Of a DNA stretch of 64,000 bases, positions 26,858 to 36,756 are shown piece by piece (position 1 is the first letter of the stretch; every line of letters begins with the position of its first letter). Under the pieces are notes generated by a model, which saw only the letters and a list, made by a program, of their open reading frames with translations, made no database searches and had not been told where the DNA came from. Source of the DNA: Candidatus Methylomirabilota bacterium (lineage in GTDB: Bacteria > Methylomirabilota > Methylomirabilia > Rokubacteriales > CSP1-6). The position numbers were made by a program, and so were the translations under genes. Location of the stretch: NCBI GenBank assembly GCA_036556905.1, contig DATBIM010000050.1, positions 8,207 to 72,206 on the forward strand. Reading direction: 5' to 3'.

Positions 26858-28371
26858 CCCTCGGGTGGCTGACGGCGGTGACCTTCCTGCCGGCCGTGGG
26901 GGCGCTCCTCCTGGCCTTCGTCCCCCGCCAGTACGAGGGCCTGCTGCGCGGCGGCGCCCTGGTCGTGGCCCTGGCTACCTTCGCGCTCTCGGTTCCGCTC
27001 TACGTCCTCTTCGACGGCACCTCCGCCGCCTACCAGTTCGTCGAGTACCTGCCCTGGATCCCCGCGCTGGGGGTCGGCTATCATCTGGGCCTCGACGGCA
27101 TCAGCCTGCTCCTCGTGCTCCTGACGACGTTCATCACGCCGCTGGCCCTCGGCTCGGCCTGGCACGCCATCGACGATCGGGTCAAGGAGTTCGTGGTGAC
27201 GATGCTCCTGCTGGAGACGGGGATGGTGGGCGTATTCGTGAGCCTGGACCTCTTCCTCTTCTACGTGTTCTGGGAAGCCATGCTCATTCCCATGTACGTC
27301 ATCATCGGCGTGTGGGGCGGGAGCGCGCGCATCTACGCGGCCGTGAAGTTCGTGCTGTACACGATGGTTGGCTCACTGCTGATGCTGGTGGCCATCCTCG
27401 TTCTCTATTTCCAGCACGGCGCGGCCACCGGCACGTACACCTTCGACGTGCCGGCGCTGGCCCGGTGGGTAGTGCCGCCGGGGCCGGCGCAGAACCTCAT
27501 GTTCGCCGCCTTTGCGCTGGCCTTCGCGATCAAGGTGCCGCTCTTCCCGTTCCACACCTGGCTCCCTGACGCCCACGTGGAAGCCCCCACGGCGGGGTCC
27601 GTCATCCTGGCCGCGGTGCTGCTCAAGATGGGGACCTACGGCTTCTTGCGCTTCTGCCTGCCGCTGTTCCCGGACGCCAGCCTGACCTTCGGACCGCTGA
27701 TGTTCGCCCTGGCGGTCATCGGCATCGTCTACGGTGCCTGGGTGTCCACGGTGCAACCCGACCTCAAGAAGCTCGTGGCCTACTCGAGCGTGAGCCACCT
27801 GGGCTTCGTGGTGCTCGGCATCTTCACGCTCAACGTGCAGGGCCTGACTGGCGGGCTGATCCAGATGGTCAACCACGGACTGTCTACCGGGGCGTTATTT
27901 CTGCTGGTGGGTATGCTCTACGAGCGGCGTCACACGCGCCGCATCGCCGACTTCGGCGGGCTCTGGAAGGTCGCGCCGGCCCTGTCCGCGGTCTTCCTGA
28001 TCGTGGCCCTGTCCTCGATGGGGCTGCCCGGCCTCAACGGCTTCGTGGGCGAATTCCTCGTCCTCGTCGGCGCCTTCCAGGTCAACCGCCTGCTCGGCGC
28101 GGTCGCCACCACGGCCATCATCTTCACCGCCGTCTACCTGCTGTGGATGTACCAGCGGGTCTTCTTCGGCGACCTCCGGCACGAGGACAACCGCCGGCTC
28201 CCCGATCTCACCCCGCGGGAGTGGGCACTCCTGGCGCCGGTGGTGGTGCTCATCGTCTGGATCGGCGTCTATCCGCTGGCCTTCACGGGACCCACCGAGG
28301 CCTCGCTTGAGGCGCTGATCACCCAGGTCGAGTCCAAAGCCGGCGTCGCCCGCGCGGCCGGGGTCCGATGA
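26854..28371 (+). CDS. nuoM: NADH-quinone oxidoreductase subunit M
   Basis: 505 aa. ND4 family. 4-nt overlap with nuoL. Confidence 0.9.
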   Translation: MTLGWLTAVTFLPAVGALLLAFVPRQYEGLLRGGALVVALATFALSVPLYVLFDGTSAAYQFVEYLPWIPALGVGYHLGLDGISLLLVLLTTFITPLALGSAWHAIDDRVKEFVVTMLLLETGMVGVFVSLDLFLFYVFWEAMLIPMYVIIGVWGGSARIYAAVKFVLYTMVGSLLMLVAILVLYFQHGAATGTYTFDVPALARWVVPPGPAQNLMFAAFALAFAIKVPLFPFHTWLPDAHVEAPTAGSVILAAVLLKMGTYGFLRFCLPLFPDASLTFGPLMFALAVIGIVYGAWVSTVQPDLKKLVAYSSVSHLGFVVLGIFTLNVQGLTGGLIQMVNHGLSTGALFLLVGMLYERRHTRRIADFGGLWKVAPALSAVFLIVALSSMGLPGLNGFVGEFLVLVGAFQVNRLLGAVATTAIIFTAVYLLWMYQRVFFGDLRHEDNRRLPDLTPREWALLAPVVVLIVWIGVYPLAFTGPTEASLEALITQVESKAGVARAAGVR

Positions 28372-29810
28372 GCCCGATCGCCGCGCCCCCGGTGGCGCTG
28401 GGCACACTGCTGCCGACGCTCATCGTGCTGGGCACGGCGCTGCTGGTGCTGCTCCTGGATCTCCTGCCCCCGCGGGGGCGGAAGGCGCATCTGGGTCTGC
28501 TGACCCTGGTGGGCCTGATCGGCGCACAGCTGGCGACGCTGGCGGTGTGGGGCGCCCCCGGGCGGGGCTTCAAGGACATGATCGTCCTCGACAACTATGC
28601 GCTGTTCTTTCACCTCGTGGTCATCTACGCGGCGGCCCTGGCCGTGCTGATGTCGATGGACTACCTGCGCCGGGCCGGCGCCGAGTCGGCCGAGTGTTAT
28701 GCGCTGCTGCTCTTCGCCGCGTCGGGAATGCTGCTGCTGGCCTCGGCCAACGACCTCATCGTCGCGTTCCTGGCCATCGAGCTCATGTCGCTCTCGCTCT
28801 ACGTGCTGTCCGGCCTCTTCAAGCGGCGGCCCGACGCCGGGGAGGCCTCCATGAAGTACTTCCTGCTGGGCGTCTTCGCCTCGACGTTCCTCCTCTACGG
28901 CATTGCCCTCCTGTACGGCGCCGCCGGCTCCACGAACTTCGATCGCGTGGCCGCCGCGCCCCGCAGCCCCCTCGTCCTGATCGGCCTGGGCCTGCTCCTG
29001 GTCGGCTTCGGCTTCAAGATCTCGTCGGTGCCGTTCCACATGTGGGCGCCCGACGTCTACCAGGGGGCGCCGACCAGCGTCACCGCCTTCATCGCCACCG
29101 GTTCCAAGGCTGCGGTGTTCGCGGTGCTCATCCGCCTGGTGGTGGCCGGGCTGCGCACGGTGCAGGCCGACGCCACCCCGGTGCTCTGGGCCCTGGCCGC
29201 CCTCACCATGACGGTGGGCAACGTCGTGGCCATCGCCCAGTCCAGCTTCAAGCGCATGCTGGCGTACTCCTCGGTGGCCCACGTGGGCTACATGCTCGTG
29301 GGGGTGGTGGCCGCCGGCCCGGCCGGCGCCAGCGCCGTCCTCTTCTATCTGTTGGCGTACACGTTCACCACCGCGGGCACGTTCGGGGTGATCGCGCTCT
29401 GCGAACGGGCCGGCGAGGAGGCGGTGGACGTCCGGGACTACGCGGGGCTCGGGCGGCGGCACCCGGCGCTGGCGCTGGTGCTCAGCCTGTTCTTGCTCTC
29501 GCTCGTCGGCATTCCGCCGCTCGCCGGGTTCGTGGGGAAGGTCTATCTGTTCGGGGCTGCCGTGCGCGCCGGGTTCGTGTGGCTCGCGGTGATCGCCGTG
29601 CTGAACTCGGCACTCGCCGCCTACTACTACCTGCGCGTGATCGTCTACATGTACATGCGGGACCCCGAGGGCGCTTCCGCCTCGCCCGTGCCCTCGTTCG
29701 CCGGCGCGCTGGCCCTGGCCATCGCGCTGGTCGGCATCGTGCTCCTCGGCGTCGCGCCGGCCCCGTTCGCCGACCTTGCGACGGCGGCGGTGGCCCCCTT
29801 GCTGCGCTAG
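28368..29810 (+). CDS. nuoN: NADH-quinone oxidoreductase subunit N
   Basis: 480 aa. ND2 family. 4-nt overlap with nuoM. Confidence 0.9.
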   Translation: MSPIAAPPVALGTLLPTLIVLGTALLVLLLDLLPPRGRKAHLGLLTLVGLIGAQLATLAVWGAPGRGFKDMIVLDNYALFFHLVVIYAAALAVLMSMDYLRRAGAESAECYALLLFAASGMLLLASANDLIVAFLAIELMSLSLYVLSGLFKRRPDAGEASMKYFLLGVFASTFLLYGIALLYGAAGSTNFDRVAAAPRSPLVLIGLGLLLVGFGFKISSVPFHMWAPDVYQGAPTSVTAFIATGSKAAVFAVLIRLVVAGLRTVQADATPVLWALAALTMTVGNVVAIAQSSFKRMLAYSSVAHVGYMLVGVVAAGPAGASAVLFYLLAYTFTTAGTFGVIALCERAGEEAVDVRDYAGLGRRHPALALVLSLFLLSLVGIPPLAGFVGKVYLFGAAVRAGFVWLAVIAVLNSALAAYYYLRVIVYMYMRDPEGASASPVPSFAGALALAIALVGIVLLGVAPAPFADLATAAVAPLLR

Positions 29811-29820
29811 CGGTCGCGGC

Positions 29821-30630
29821 GTGGGCCTGCGCCCCCTGCCACACGCCTACCGCGGCTGGCTATTCGACCTCGACGGCACCGTGTATCGCGGCGACGCCCT
29901 CATCTCCGGGGCGGCCGAGACGATCCGGGCTCTACGCCAGGCCGGGCGCCGCGTGGCGTTCCTGTCCAACAAGCCCTTGCAGACGCGGGGCGACTACGCG
30001 CGCAAGCTGACGATGCTGGGGATCCCCACCGAGGCCGAGGAGGTCATCACGGCCTCCCTGGTGCTGGCCCGTCACCTGCAGGCCCTGGATCCCCAGGCGC
30101 CCGTCTTCGTGATCGGCGAGCCCCCGCTCATAGCGGAACTGGCCGCCCACGGCCTCCAGGTGCGCCGCGACCACCATGTGCGCTGGGTGGTGATCGCCTT
30201 CGACCGCACCTTCGACTACGCCAAGCTGAACACGGCGCTGCAGGCCGTCCGGAGCGGGGCCCGGCTCATGGCCACCAACCCCGACCGCACCTGCCCGACC
30301 GAGGAGGGCGAGATCCCCGACTGCGCCGGTATGATCGCCGCGGTGGAGGCGGTCACCGCGCGCCCCGTCGACGTCGTCGTCGGCAAGCCCTCGCCGATCA
30401 TCCTCGAGGTCGCGCTGCGCGCGCTGGGGGTGCCGGCGGCGGAGTGCGTGATCGTCGGCGACCGGATCGAGACCGACATCGTGATGGGCAAGCGCGGAGG
30501 CCTGACCACCGTCCTCGTGCTCAGCGGTGTCACCCGCGCCGACGACCCTCGCATCGCCGAGGTCGGGCCGGACGCCGTGATACGATCGATTCGGGATCTC
30601 CTCGAGCCATGGCCCGAGCGATCGAGCTGA
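29821..30630 (+). CDS. HAD-IIA family hydrolase (NagD-like sugar/nucleotide phosphatase)
   Basis: LFDLDGTVY motif I, FLSNK motif II, GDRIETDI motif IV. GTG start 10 nt after the nuoN stop. Confidence 0.75.
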   Translation: MGLRPLPHAYRGWLFDLDGTVYRGDALISGAAETIRALRQAGRRVAFLSNKPLQTRGDYARKLTMLGIPTEAEEVITASLVLARHLQALDPQAPVFVIGEPPLIAELAAHGLQVRRDHHVRWVVIAFDRTFDYAKLNTALQAVRSGARLMATNPDRTCPTEEGEIPDCAGMIAAVEAVTARPVDVVVGKPSPIILEVALRALGVPAAECVIVGDRIETDIVMGKRGGLTTVLVLSGVTRADDPRIAEVGPDAVIRSIRDLLEPWPERSS

Positions 30631-32231
30631 CTGATGGCGACTACGACGTCGTCATTCTCGGCGGCGGCGTGGCCGGCGCTGGCGCGGCCCGTGACCTCGC
30701 GTTGCGCGGCGTATCGGTGGCCTTGCTTGACAAGGGCGACTTCGCCTCCGGCACCACGTCACGATCGTCGAAGCTGATTCATGGCGGCCTGCGGTACCTG
30801 GAGCTCTTCGACTTCGGGCTGGTGCGGGAGTCACTCCGCGAGCGGGAGACGCTGCGGCGGCTGGCGCCTCACCTCGTCCGACCCCTGCCCTTTCTGGTCC
30901 CTGTCTACCGGGAGTCCTCGCGCAGCCTCATCAAGGTGCGGATCGGGCTCACGCTGTACGACTGGCTGGCACCCCGCCGCGGCCGGGAGCGCTACCGGGT
31001 GCTGGCGCCGGTCGATGCGCTCAGCCTGGAACCTTCCCTGCGCGCCCACGACCTCAAAGGCGCCGGCTACTACTTCGACGATCTCCTGCTCTTCCCCGAG
31101 CGGCTCTGTCTGGAGAATGTCCTGTCGGCCTGCCGCCACGGTGCCCGCGCCTTCAACTACACGGAGGCCGAGGAGCTCCTGCGCGACCGCGGGGGTCGCC
31201 TGGTGGCCGTCAAGGCGCGCGACCTCCTCAGTGATCGGGTGGCGACCCTGCGGTGCCGGGTGGTGGTCAACGCCACCGGGCCGTGGGTCGATCTCGTCCG
31301 CGCCCGCGCGGGCATCGCCGAGCGGGGACGCCGGATCGTGCGGCGGACGAAGGGAATCCATTGCCTGTTGCCCCGGCTCACCGAGCGAGCCATCTACCAG
31401 AGCACCAGCGATGACCGCATGATCTTCGTGATTCCCTGGCGCGACTTTTCCCTGGTCGGTGCCACCGACACCGATTTCGACGGCGACCTCGACCGCCTGG
31501 CGGCGACCCGGGAGGAGGTCGCGTACCTGCTCGGCGAGGTGCGCAAGGTGGTGCCCGACGACCGGGTCACTCCCGAGCAGGTGGCGTACACGTACGCCGG
31601 CGTGCGGCCCCTCTCCTGGGAGGAGGACAAACGCGCCTCTGACGTGTCCCGCGCCCATCGGGTGGTGCCGGAGGCGGAGGGAACGCTGCTGTCGATCACG
31701 GGGACCAAGCTCACTTGCTACCGGAGCCTCGCCGCGGAGCTGGGTGATCGGGTGCTGCGGACGCTGGGACGTCAGACGGCCGGCCGGACGAATCGTCTGA
31801 TGCTCGACGGCGCCGACAGTGAGGTCGCGCACCTGGAGGCCCGGACCTGGCTCGATTTGGGTCCCGAGGCGGCGGCCTCCGGTCTGCGGCGGGATACCCT
31901 GCAGACTCTGGTCGAGACCTACGGTCGCGGGTACCAGCGGGTGCTGGAGCTGGCCGGCAAAGTGCCTGGCGGCACCGAGCTGCTGTGTCCGCAAAATCAC
32001 GAGATCGTGGCCCAGCTCTACACGGCGGTGCAGGAGGAGCAGGCCGTCTCGCTTCAGGATCTGCTGCTCCGCCGCACCGGAATCGGCACGAGCCGGTGCC
32101 AGGGACTCGACTGTGCCGAGGCGATCGGGCGCCGCATGGCCCAACTGTCCGGATGGACGCCGCGCCGCCTGGAGGCCGAGCTCGACGCCTATCACGCCTG
32201 CATCGCGCGCTCGCGCCGGTTCCGCGACTAG
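30609..32231 (+). CDS. glpD: FAD-dependent glycerol-3-phosphate dehydrogenase
   Basis: N-terminal DYDVVILGGGVAGAGAARDLALRG then GTTSRSSKLIHGGLRYLE, the GlpD signature. Confidence 0.85.
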   Translation: MARAIELTDGDYDVVILGGGVAGAGAARDLALRGVSVALLDKGDFASGTTSRSSKLIHGGLRYLELFDFGLVRESLRERETLRRLAPHLVRPLPFLVPVYRESSRSLIKVRIGLTLYDWLAPRRGRERYRVLAPVDALSLEPSLRAHDLKGAGYYFDDLLLFPERLCLENVLSACRHGARAFNYTEAEELLRDRGGRLVAVKARDLLSDRVATLRCRVVVNATGPWVDLVRARAGIAERGRRIVRRTKGIHCLLPRLTERAIYQSTSDDRMIFVIPWRDFSLVGATDTDFDGDLDRLAATREEVAYLLGEVRKVVPDDRVTPEQVAYTYAGVRPLSWEEDKRASDVSRAHRVVPEAEGTLLSITGTKLTCYRSLAAELGDRVLRTLGRQTAGRTNRLMLDGADSEVAHLEARTWLDLGPEAAASGLRRDTLQTLVETYGRGYQRVLELAGKVPGGTELLCPQNHEIVAQLYTAVQEEQAVSLQDLLLRRTGIGTSRCQGLDCAEAIGRRMAQLSGWTPRRLEAELDAYHACIARSRRFRD

Positions 32232-32234
32232 GCG

Positions 32235-33050
32235 GTGAGGACGGCCGCCACCCTCTACGTTCTGGCCCTCGCCGTCGCCGCCCTGCCCGCTGCCGGTGCC
32301 GGGCCGCGGGTGGCCGCTCACCGTGGTGGTGCGCTCCTGTGGGTGGAGAACAGCCTGGGGGCCTATCGGAAGGCGCTCGAGCTGGGGGTCGACTATGTCG
32401 AGGCCGACGTGCACCTGACTGCCGACGGCGAAGTGGTGGTGGTGCACGATGCCACGCTGGACCGCACGACCAGCGGGACGGGTACCGTCCGCGAGGCCCG
32501 CTGCGACGAGCTGAGCCGGTTGCGACTCCGGGCCCGCGATGGGAGCCTGACCGACGAGCCCCTGCCCACGCTGGGCGCGCTGCTTGATGTCGTCCGACCG
32601 AGCCGGGCGGAACTCCTGTTGGAAATCAAAGTGGATGAGCGGGGTCGGCGCTACCCGGGCATCGAAGAAAAGGTGCTGGCCCTCCTTCGGGAGGGCGCGC
32701 TCTCGACCCGGGTCCTGATCATGGCCTTCGAGCCCAACACCTTGCGCCGTGTGCGCCAGCTAGACCCGGCGGTGCGCACCGTGCTCCTGATCGATCGGGG
32801 CCGGGTCCAGCACGAACGGGTCTGGCCGGCGGCGGCCGTCGCGCGCACCGTCGAGCTGGGCGCGGCCGCGGTGGGCTTCAACCACCGGCTGCTGGATGCC
32901 GACGTGACGGCGGCTGCCCGCCGGGCCGGGCTGGTGCTCGCTACCTGGACGGTGAACGAGGAGGCCGACCTCCGCCGCGTGATCGCGCTGGGCGTGGACG
33001 TCGTCATCACCGATCGACCCGACCTGGCCCTGCGACTCACCGGGCGATGA
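32235..33050 (+). CDS. glpQ: glycerophosphodiester phosphodiesterase (GDPD family), secreted
   Basis: Signal peptide, then [29 protein letters not shown] and LLEIK motifs of GlpQ/UgpQ. Confidence 0.8.
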   Translation: MRTAATLYVLALAVAALPAAGAGPRVAAHRGGALLWVENSLGAYRKALELGVDYVEADVHLTADGEVVVVHDATLDRTTSGTGTVREARCDELSRLRLRARDGSLTDEPLPTLGALLDVVRPSRAELLLEIKVDERGRRYPGIEEKVLALLREGALSTRVLIMAFEPNTLRRVRQLDPAVRTVLLIDRGRVQHERVWPAAAVARTVELGAAAVGFNHRLLDADVTAAARRAGLVLATWTVNEEADLRRVIALGVDVVITDRPDLALRLTGR

Positions 33051-34546
33051 CGCGGCGCTTCGTCCTGGCGCTCGACCAGGGCACCTCGGGCTCCACGGCC
33101 CTGGTCCTGGATCCCGAAGGGCAGGTGCTGGCCCGCGGCTACGCCGAACTGCCCCAGTATTATCCCCAGCCGGGATGGGTGGAGCACGACCCCAAGGAGA
33201 TCTGGACCACCATCCAACAGGCGGCCCGGGTCGCGCTGGGGACGGCGGGCGTCGCCGGGGCCGAGGTGGCAGCGGTCGGCATCAGCAACCAGCGTGAAAC
33301 GACGCTGCTGTGGGAGCGGGCGAGTGGTCGGCCGGTGCACCGGGCGATCGTGTGGCAGTGCCGGCGGACGGCCGAGATGTGCGATCGCCTGCGGGCCGAC
33401 GGTCACGAGCCGCGCGTGCGCGAAATCACCGGGCTCGTGCTCGATGCCTACTTCTCCGGTACCAAGCTTCGCTGGCTGCTCGATCAGGTCCCGGGCGCGC
33501 GGGGGCGGGCCGAGCGGGGCGAGCTCGCCTTCGGCACCGTCGACAGCTGGCTGCTCTGGAAGCTCACGGGCGGCGCGGTCCACGCCACCGACGTGAGCAA
33601 TGCCTCGCGCACCTTGCTGCTCGACCTCCGCACGGGGGACTGGGATCCTCACCTGCTGGGGGTGCTGGGGGTGCCGGCCGCGGTCCTGCCGGCTGTGCAG
33701 CCGTCGTCCGGAGTCTTCGGCGAGAGCGTGGAGCTCGGCTGGCTTCCGCGCGGGATTCCCATCGCCGGGATCGCCGGTGATCAGCAGGCCGCGCTCTTCG
33801 GGCAGGCGTGCTACCAGCCCGGGACCGTCAAGAACACGTACGGGACGGGGTGCTTCCTCCTGCTCAACACCGGGCAGACACCGGTGACCTCCCGGCACGG
33901 CCTCCTCACCACGATCGCGTGGCGCATCGGAGGCGTCACGACGTATGCTCTCGAGGGCAGCGTCTTCATCGCCGGGGCGGCCGTGCAGTGGCTGCGGGAC
34001 GGACTCGGGCTCATCCGGTCGGCCGCCGAAAGCGAGGCCCTGGCCCGCTCGGTGAGCGAGACCGGCGGTGTCTACTTCGTGCCGGCCTTCGTCGGCCTGG
34101 GAGCGCCCTACTGGGACATGTACGCCCGGGGTACGATCGTGGGCCTGACTCGTGGCACGACGGCTGCCCACCTGGCGCGGGCGACGCTGGAAGCGATCGC
34201 GTACCAGAGTCGCGATGTCCTGGAGGCGATGGTGGCCGACGCCGGGATCGCCCCCCGGCGATTGAAGGTGGACGGCGGCGCGGCGGCCAATGACCTGCTG
34301 TGCCAGTTCCAGGCGGACATGCTGGATGTGCCGGTGCTGCGGCCGGCGGTGATCGAGACGACCGGGCTGGGCGCCGCCTATCTGGCCGGCCTGGGGGTCG
34401 GCGTTTGGGACTCGCTGCAGGTGCTGGCCGAGCGCGCGACGATCGAGCGCACCTTCGTCCCGGCGATGGACCCCGAGCAGCGGGCGCAGCGCTATGAAGG
34501 TTGGCGGCGGGCGGTCGAGCGGGCCCGCGCCTGGGCCCAGCCATAA
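33047..34546 (+). CDS. glpK: glycerol kinase
   Basis: 499 aa. [21 protein letters not shown] and [13 protein letters not shown]-kinase motifs. 4-nt overlap with glpQ. Confidence 0.9.
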   Translation: MTRRFVLALDQGTSGSTALVLDPEGQVLARGYAELPQYYPQPGWVEHDPKEIWTTIQQAARVALGTAGVAGAEVAAVGISNQRETTLLWERASGRPVHRAIVWQCRRTAEMCDRLRADGHEPRVREITGLVLDAYFSGTKLRWLLDQVPGARGRAERGELAFGTVDSWLLWKLTGGAVHATDVSNASRTLLLDLRTGDWDPHLLGVLGVPAAVLPAVQPSSGVFGESVELGWLPRGIPIAGIAGDQQAALFGQACYQPGTVKNTYGTGCFLLLNTGQTPVTSRHGLLTTIAWRIGGVTTYALEGSVFIAGAAVQWLRDGLGLIRSAAESEALARSVSETGGVYFVPAFVGLGAPYWDMYARGTIVGLTRGTTAAHLARATLEAIAYQSRDVLEAMVADAGIAPRRLKVDGGAAANDLLCQFQADMLDVPVLRPAVIETTGLGAAYLAGLGVGVWDSLQVLAERATIERTFVPAMDPEQRAQRYEGWRRAVERARAWAQP

Positions 34547-34557
34547 GGAGACTGACG

Positions 34558-35667
34558 ATGCGACGATTCGGGATCTTCGTTCTCGTGACGTTCCTGGCGC
34601 TCGCGGCGGGCTCGGCGGCGGCCCAAGCCCCCATCGAGAGCGAGCTCGTGCTCATCACCCCGGTGTCGAAGTTCATTCACGACGCCGCCCTCAAGGCCTT
34701 CGCCGAGTACGCCAAAGAGCGATGGAACGTCAGCGTGAAGGTCAACGCCATCCCGGCCGGTACCCCGATCGCGTACGGTCGCATCGTGGAGTGGAAGGGC
34801 CGGCCCGAGGCCGACATCTTCTGGGGGGGCGAGTCCGCCCTCTTCGAGAAGCTCACCGAGCAGAAACTGCTGCAGAAGGTGGAGATCGGTCGCGAGGCGT
34901 GGGATTCGATCCCGGCCGCGATCGGCAAACCGAGGCCCATTCCCCTCAAAGACAAGGAGGGCTACTGGGTGGGCACGGCCCTGGAGCCGTATGGACTCGT
35001 CTACCACCCCCGGCGGCTGCAGCGGCTGGGTGTGCCCGCGCCCAAGGACTGGGAAGACCTGCTGCACCCCAAGCTCCGCGGCGAGGTCGCGCAATGCGCG
35101 CCGACCCGCTCCTCATCCTCGAACGCGACCTACGAAGTGATCCTGTCGATGCACGGGGAGAACAAGGGCTGGGAGTGGCTCAAGCGCCTGGCCGCCAATA
35201 CCGGACACTTCACCGCGCGCAGCCGTGATGTGCCGACCGTGGTGGCCAAGGGCGAGTACGCTGCCGGCTTCGCGGTGCCCTCGTACATGGCCTTCGAGGA
35301 GAAGCTGGCCGGCTTCGACATCAAGTTCGTGGCTCCCCGGAACGCCTTCGTGACCCCGGAGCCCATGGCGGTCCTGGCCGGAGCCCGCAATCCCCGGGCG
35401 GCCCGCGCGTTCATCGAGTTCCTGCTCACCGAGCGCGGCCAGAAGGTGTTCATGGAGCGAGGCCTGTTTCCCATCACCCCTCGCTTCCGGGTCCAGGGTC
35501 CGCCCGGCTCCACCGCGGAAATGGCCGTGGAGTTCACCGGCGGGGTGCGCTCCTATTTTGATGGCGAGGTCGCCAACGTCTATGACGACGCGGTTGCCGC
35601 TCGGCGTTCGGAGGCGCTGAAACAGCGATACCGCGCGGACATCGAGGCGGTCTGGAAGAAGCCCTGA
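34558..35667 (+). CDS. ABC transporter periplasmic substrate-binding protein (FbpA/ThiB/PotD-like, family 1)
   Basis: Signal peptide MRRFGIFVLVTFLALAAGSAAAQA. RBS AAGGAG sits 6 nt upstream. Substrate is not assignable from sequence. Confidence 0.7.
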   Translation: MRRFGIFVLVTFLALAAGSAAAQAPIESELVLITPVSKFIHDAALKAFAEYAKERWNVSVKVNAIPAGTPIAYGRIVEWKGRPEADIFWGGESALFEKLTEQKLLQKVEIGREAWDSIPAAIGKPRPIPLKDKEGYWVGTALEPYGLVYHPRRLQRLGVPAPKDWEDLLHPKLRGEVAQCAPTRSSSSNATYEVILSMHGENKGWEWLKRLAANTGHFTARSRDVPTVVAKGEYAAGFAVPSYMAFEEKLAGFDIKFVAPRNAFVTPEPMAVLAGARNPRAARAFIEFLLTERGQKVFMERGLFPITPRFRVQGPPGSTAEMAVEFTGGVRSYFDGEVANVYDDAVAARRSEALKQRYRADIEAVWKKP

Positions 35668-35691
35668 GGAGCCCGGCGGGCCGGGGGTGTA

Positions 35692-36756
35692 ATGGCCACC
35701 ATCTCCCTGCGCGGCGTCGTCAAGCGGTTCACCGGCGTCGTCGCGGTGGACGGCGCGAGCGTCGATGTCGGCGATGGCGAGCTGTTCACGCTGCTGGGGC
35801 CCTCGGGCTGCGGCAAGACGACGCTGCTCCGGCTGATCGCCGGGTTTTACGCGCCCGACGCCGGCGAGATCTGGTTCGGTGACCGCCGCGTGGACGGCGT
35901 GCCCGTCTACGCCCGCAACATCGGCATGGTGTTCCAGAACTATGCCCTCTGGCCCCACATGACGGTGCGGGCAAACATCACCTACGGTCTCCGGCTGCGC
36001 CGGCTGGCCGCCGCCGAGATCGAGCGCCGACTGGCCGAGGTGCTGGGCAAGGTCAACCTGGTGGGGCTGGAGGGACGCTACCCTGGCCAGCTCTCGGGGG
36101 GCCAGCAGCAGCGGGTAGCGCTGGCCCGCGCGCTCGTCCTCAATCCCGAGATCCTGCTCCTCGACGAGCCGCTCTCCAACCTGGACGCCAAGATCCGCGT
36201 GCAAGTTCGGACGGAAATCCGTCGCCTGCAGCGAGAGCTCGGGATCACCACGGTATACGTCACCCACGACCAGGAAGAGGCGTTGTCGCTATCCGATCGA
36301 GTGGCCGTCATGCGCCAGGGCCTTGTGTTGCAAACCGCCACCCCCAAGGAGCTTTACGAGCGCCCGGCCACACGCTTCGTGGCCGACTTCGTGGGGGTGA
36401 ACAATTTCATTGCGGGTGTCTGCCGCGAGGCGGGCAATGGCCGGGTCGTGGTGGAGACGGCGCTGGGGCCCCTGTGCGGGCGCCCGGGCGGCGCCATACA
36501 GGCCGGCGAGCGGTGTGTCCTGGCCATCCGCCCCGAGAACATCGCGCTGGGGCCGGGACCTGAGAATTCTTGCCCGGGTCGCGTCGTGCTCGCGTCGTAC
36601 CTGGGCAGCACCCTGCGGTACGACGTGGAGACGGCCGCGGGGCCCCTCCTGAAGGTCGACGTGCGCGACCCCTGGCACCACGAGGTGCTGGCTCCGGGGG
36701 CCCCGGTCATCCTCTCGTTTCCCTCGTCGACGGCGCTGACCCTGGCCGATGACTGA
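35692..36756 (+). CDS. ABC transporter ATP-binding protein (FbpC/PotA-type with C-terminal TOBE-like domain)
   Basis: Walker A GPSGCGKTT, Q-loop, signature LSGGQQQRVALARAL, Walker B LLLDEPLSNLD. Confidence 0.85.
   Translation: MATISLRGVVKRFTGVVAVDGASVDVGDGELFTLLGPSGCGKTTLLRLIAGFYAPDAGEIWFGDRRVDGVPVYARNIGMVFQNYALWPHMTVRANITYGLRLRRLAAAEIERRLAEVLGKVNLVGLEGRYPGQLSGGQQQRVALARALVLNPEILLLDEPLSNLDAKIRVQVRTEIRRLQRELGITTVYVTHDQEEALSLSDRVAVMRQGLVLQTATPKELYERPATRFVADFVGVNNFIAGVCREAGNGRVVVETALGPLCGRPGGAIQAGERCVLAIRPENIALGPGPENSCPGRVVLASYLGSTLRYDVETAAGPLLKVDVRDPWHHEVLAPGAPVILSFPSSTALTLADD

Noticed and set aside
24986-29810. nuoLMN as an Mrp-type cation/proton antiporter operon
   Set aside because: Three distinct paralogs with NuoL (623 aa, with lateral-helix region), NuoM and NuoN lengths and order. 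No small MrpB, C, E, F or G genes are present.
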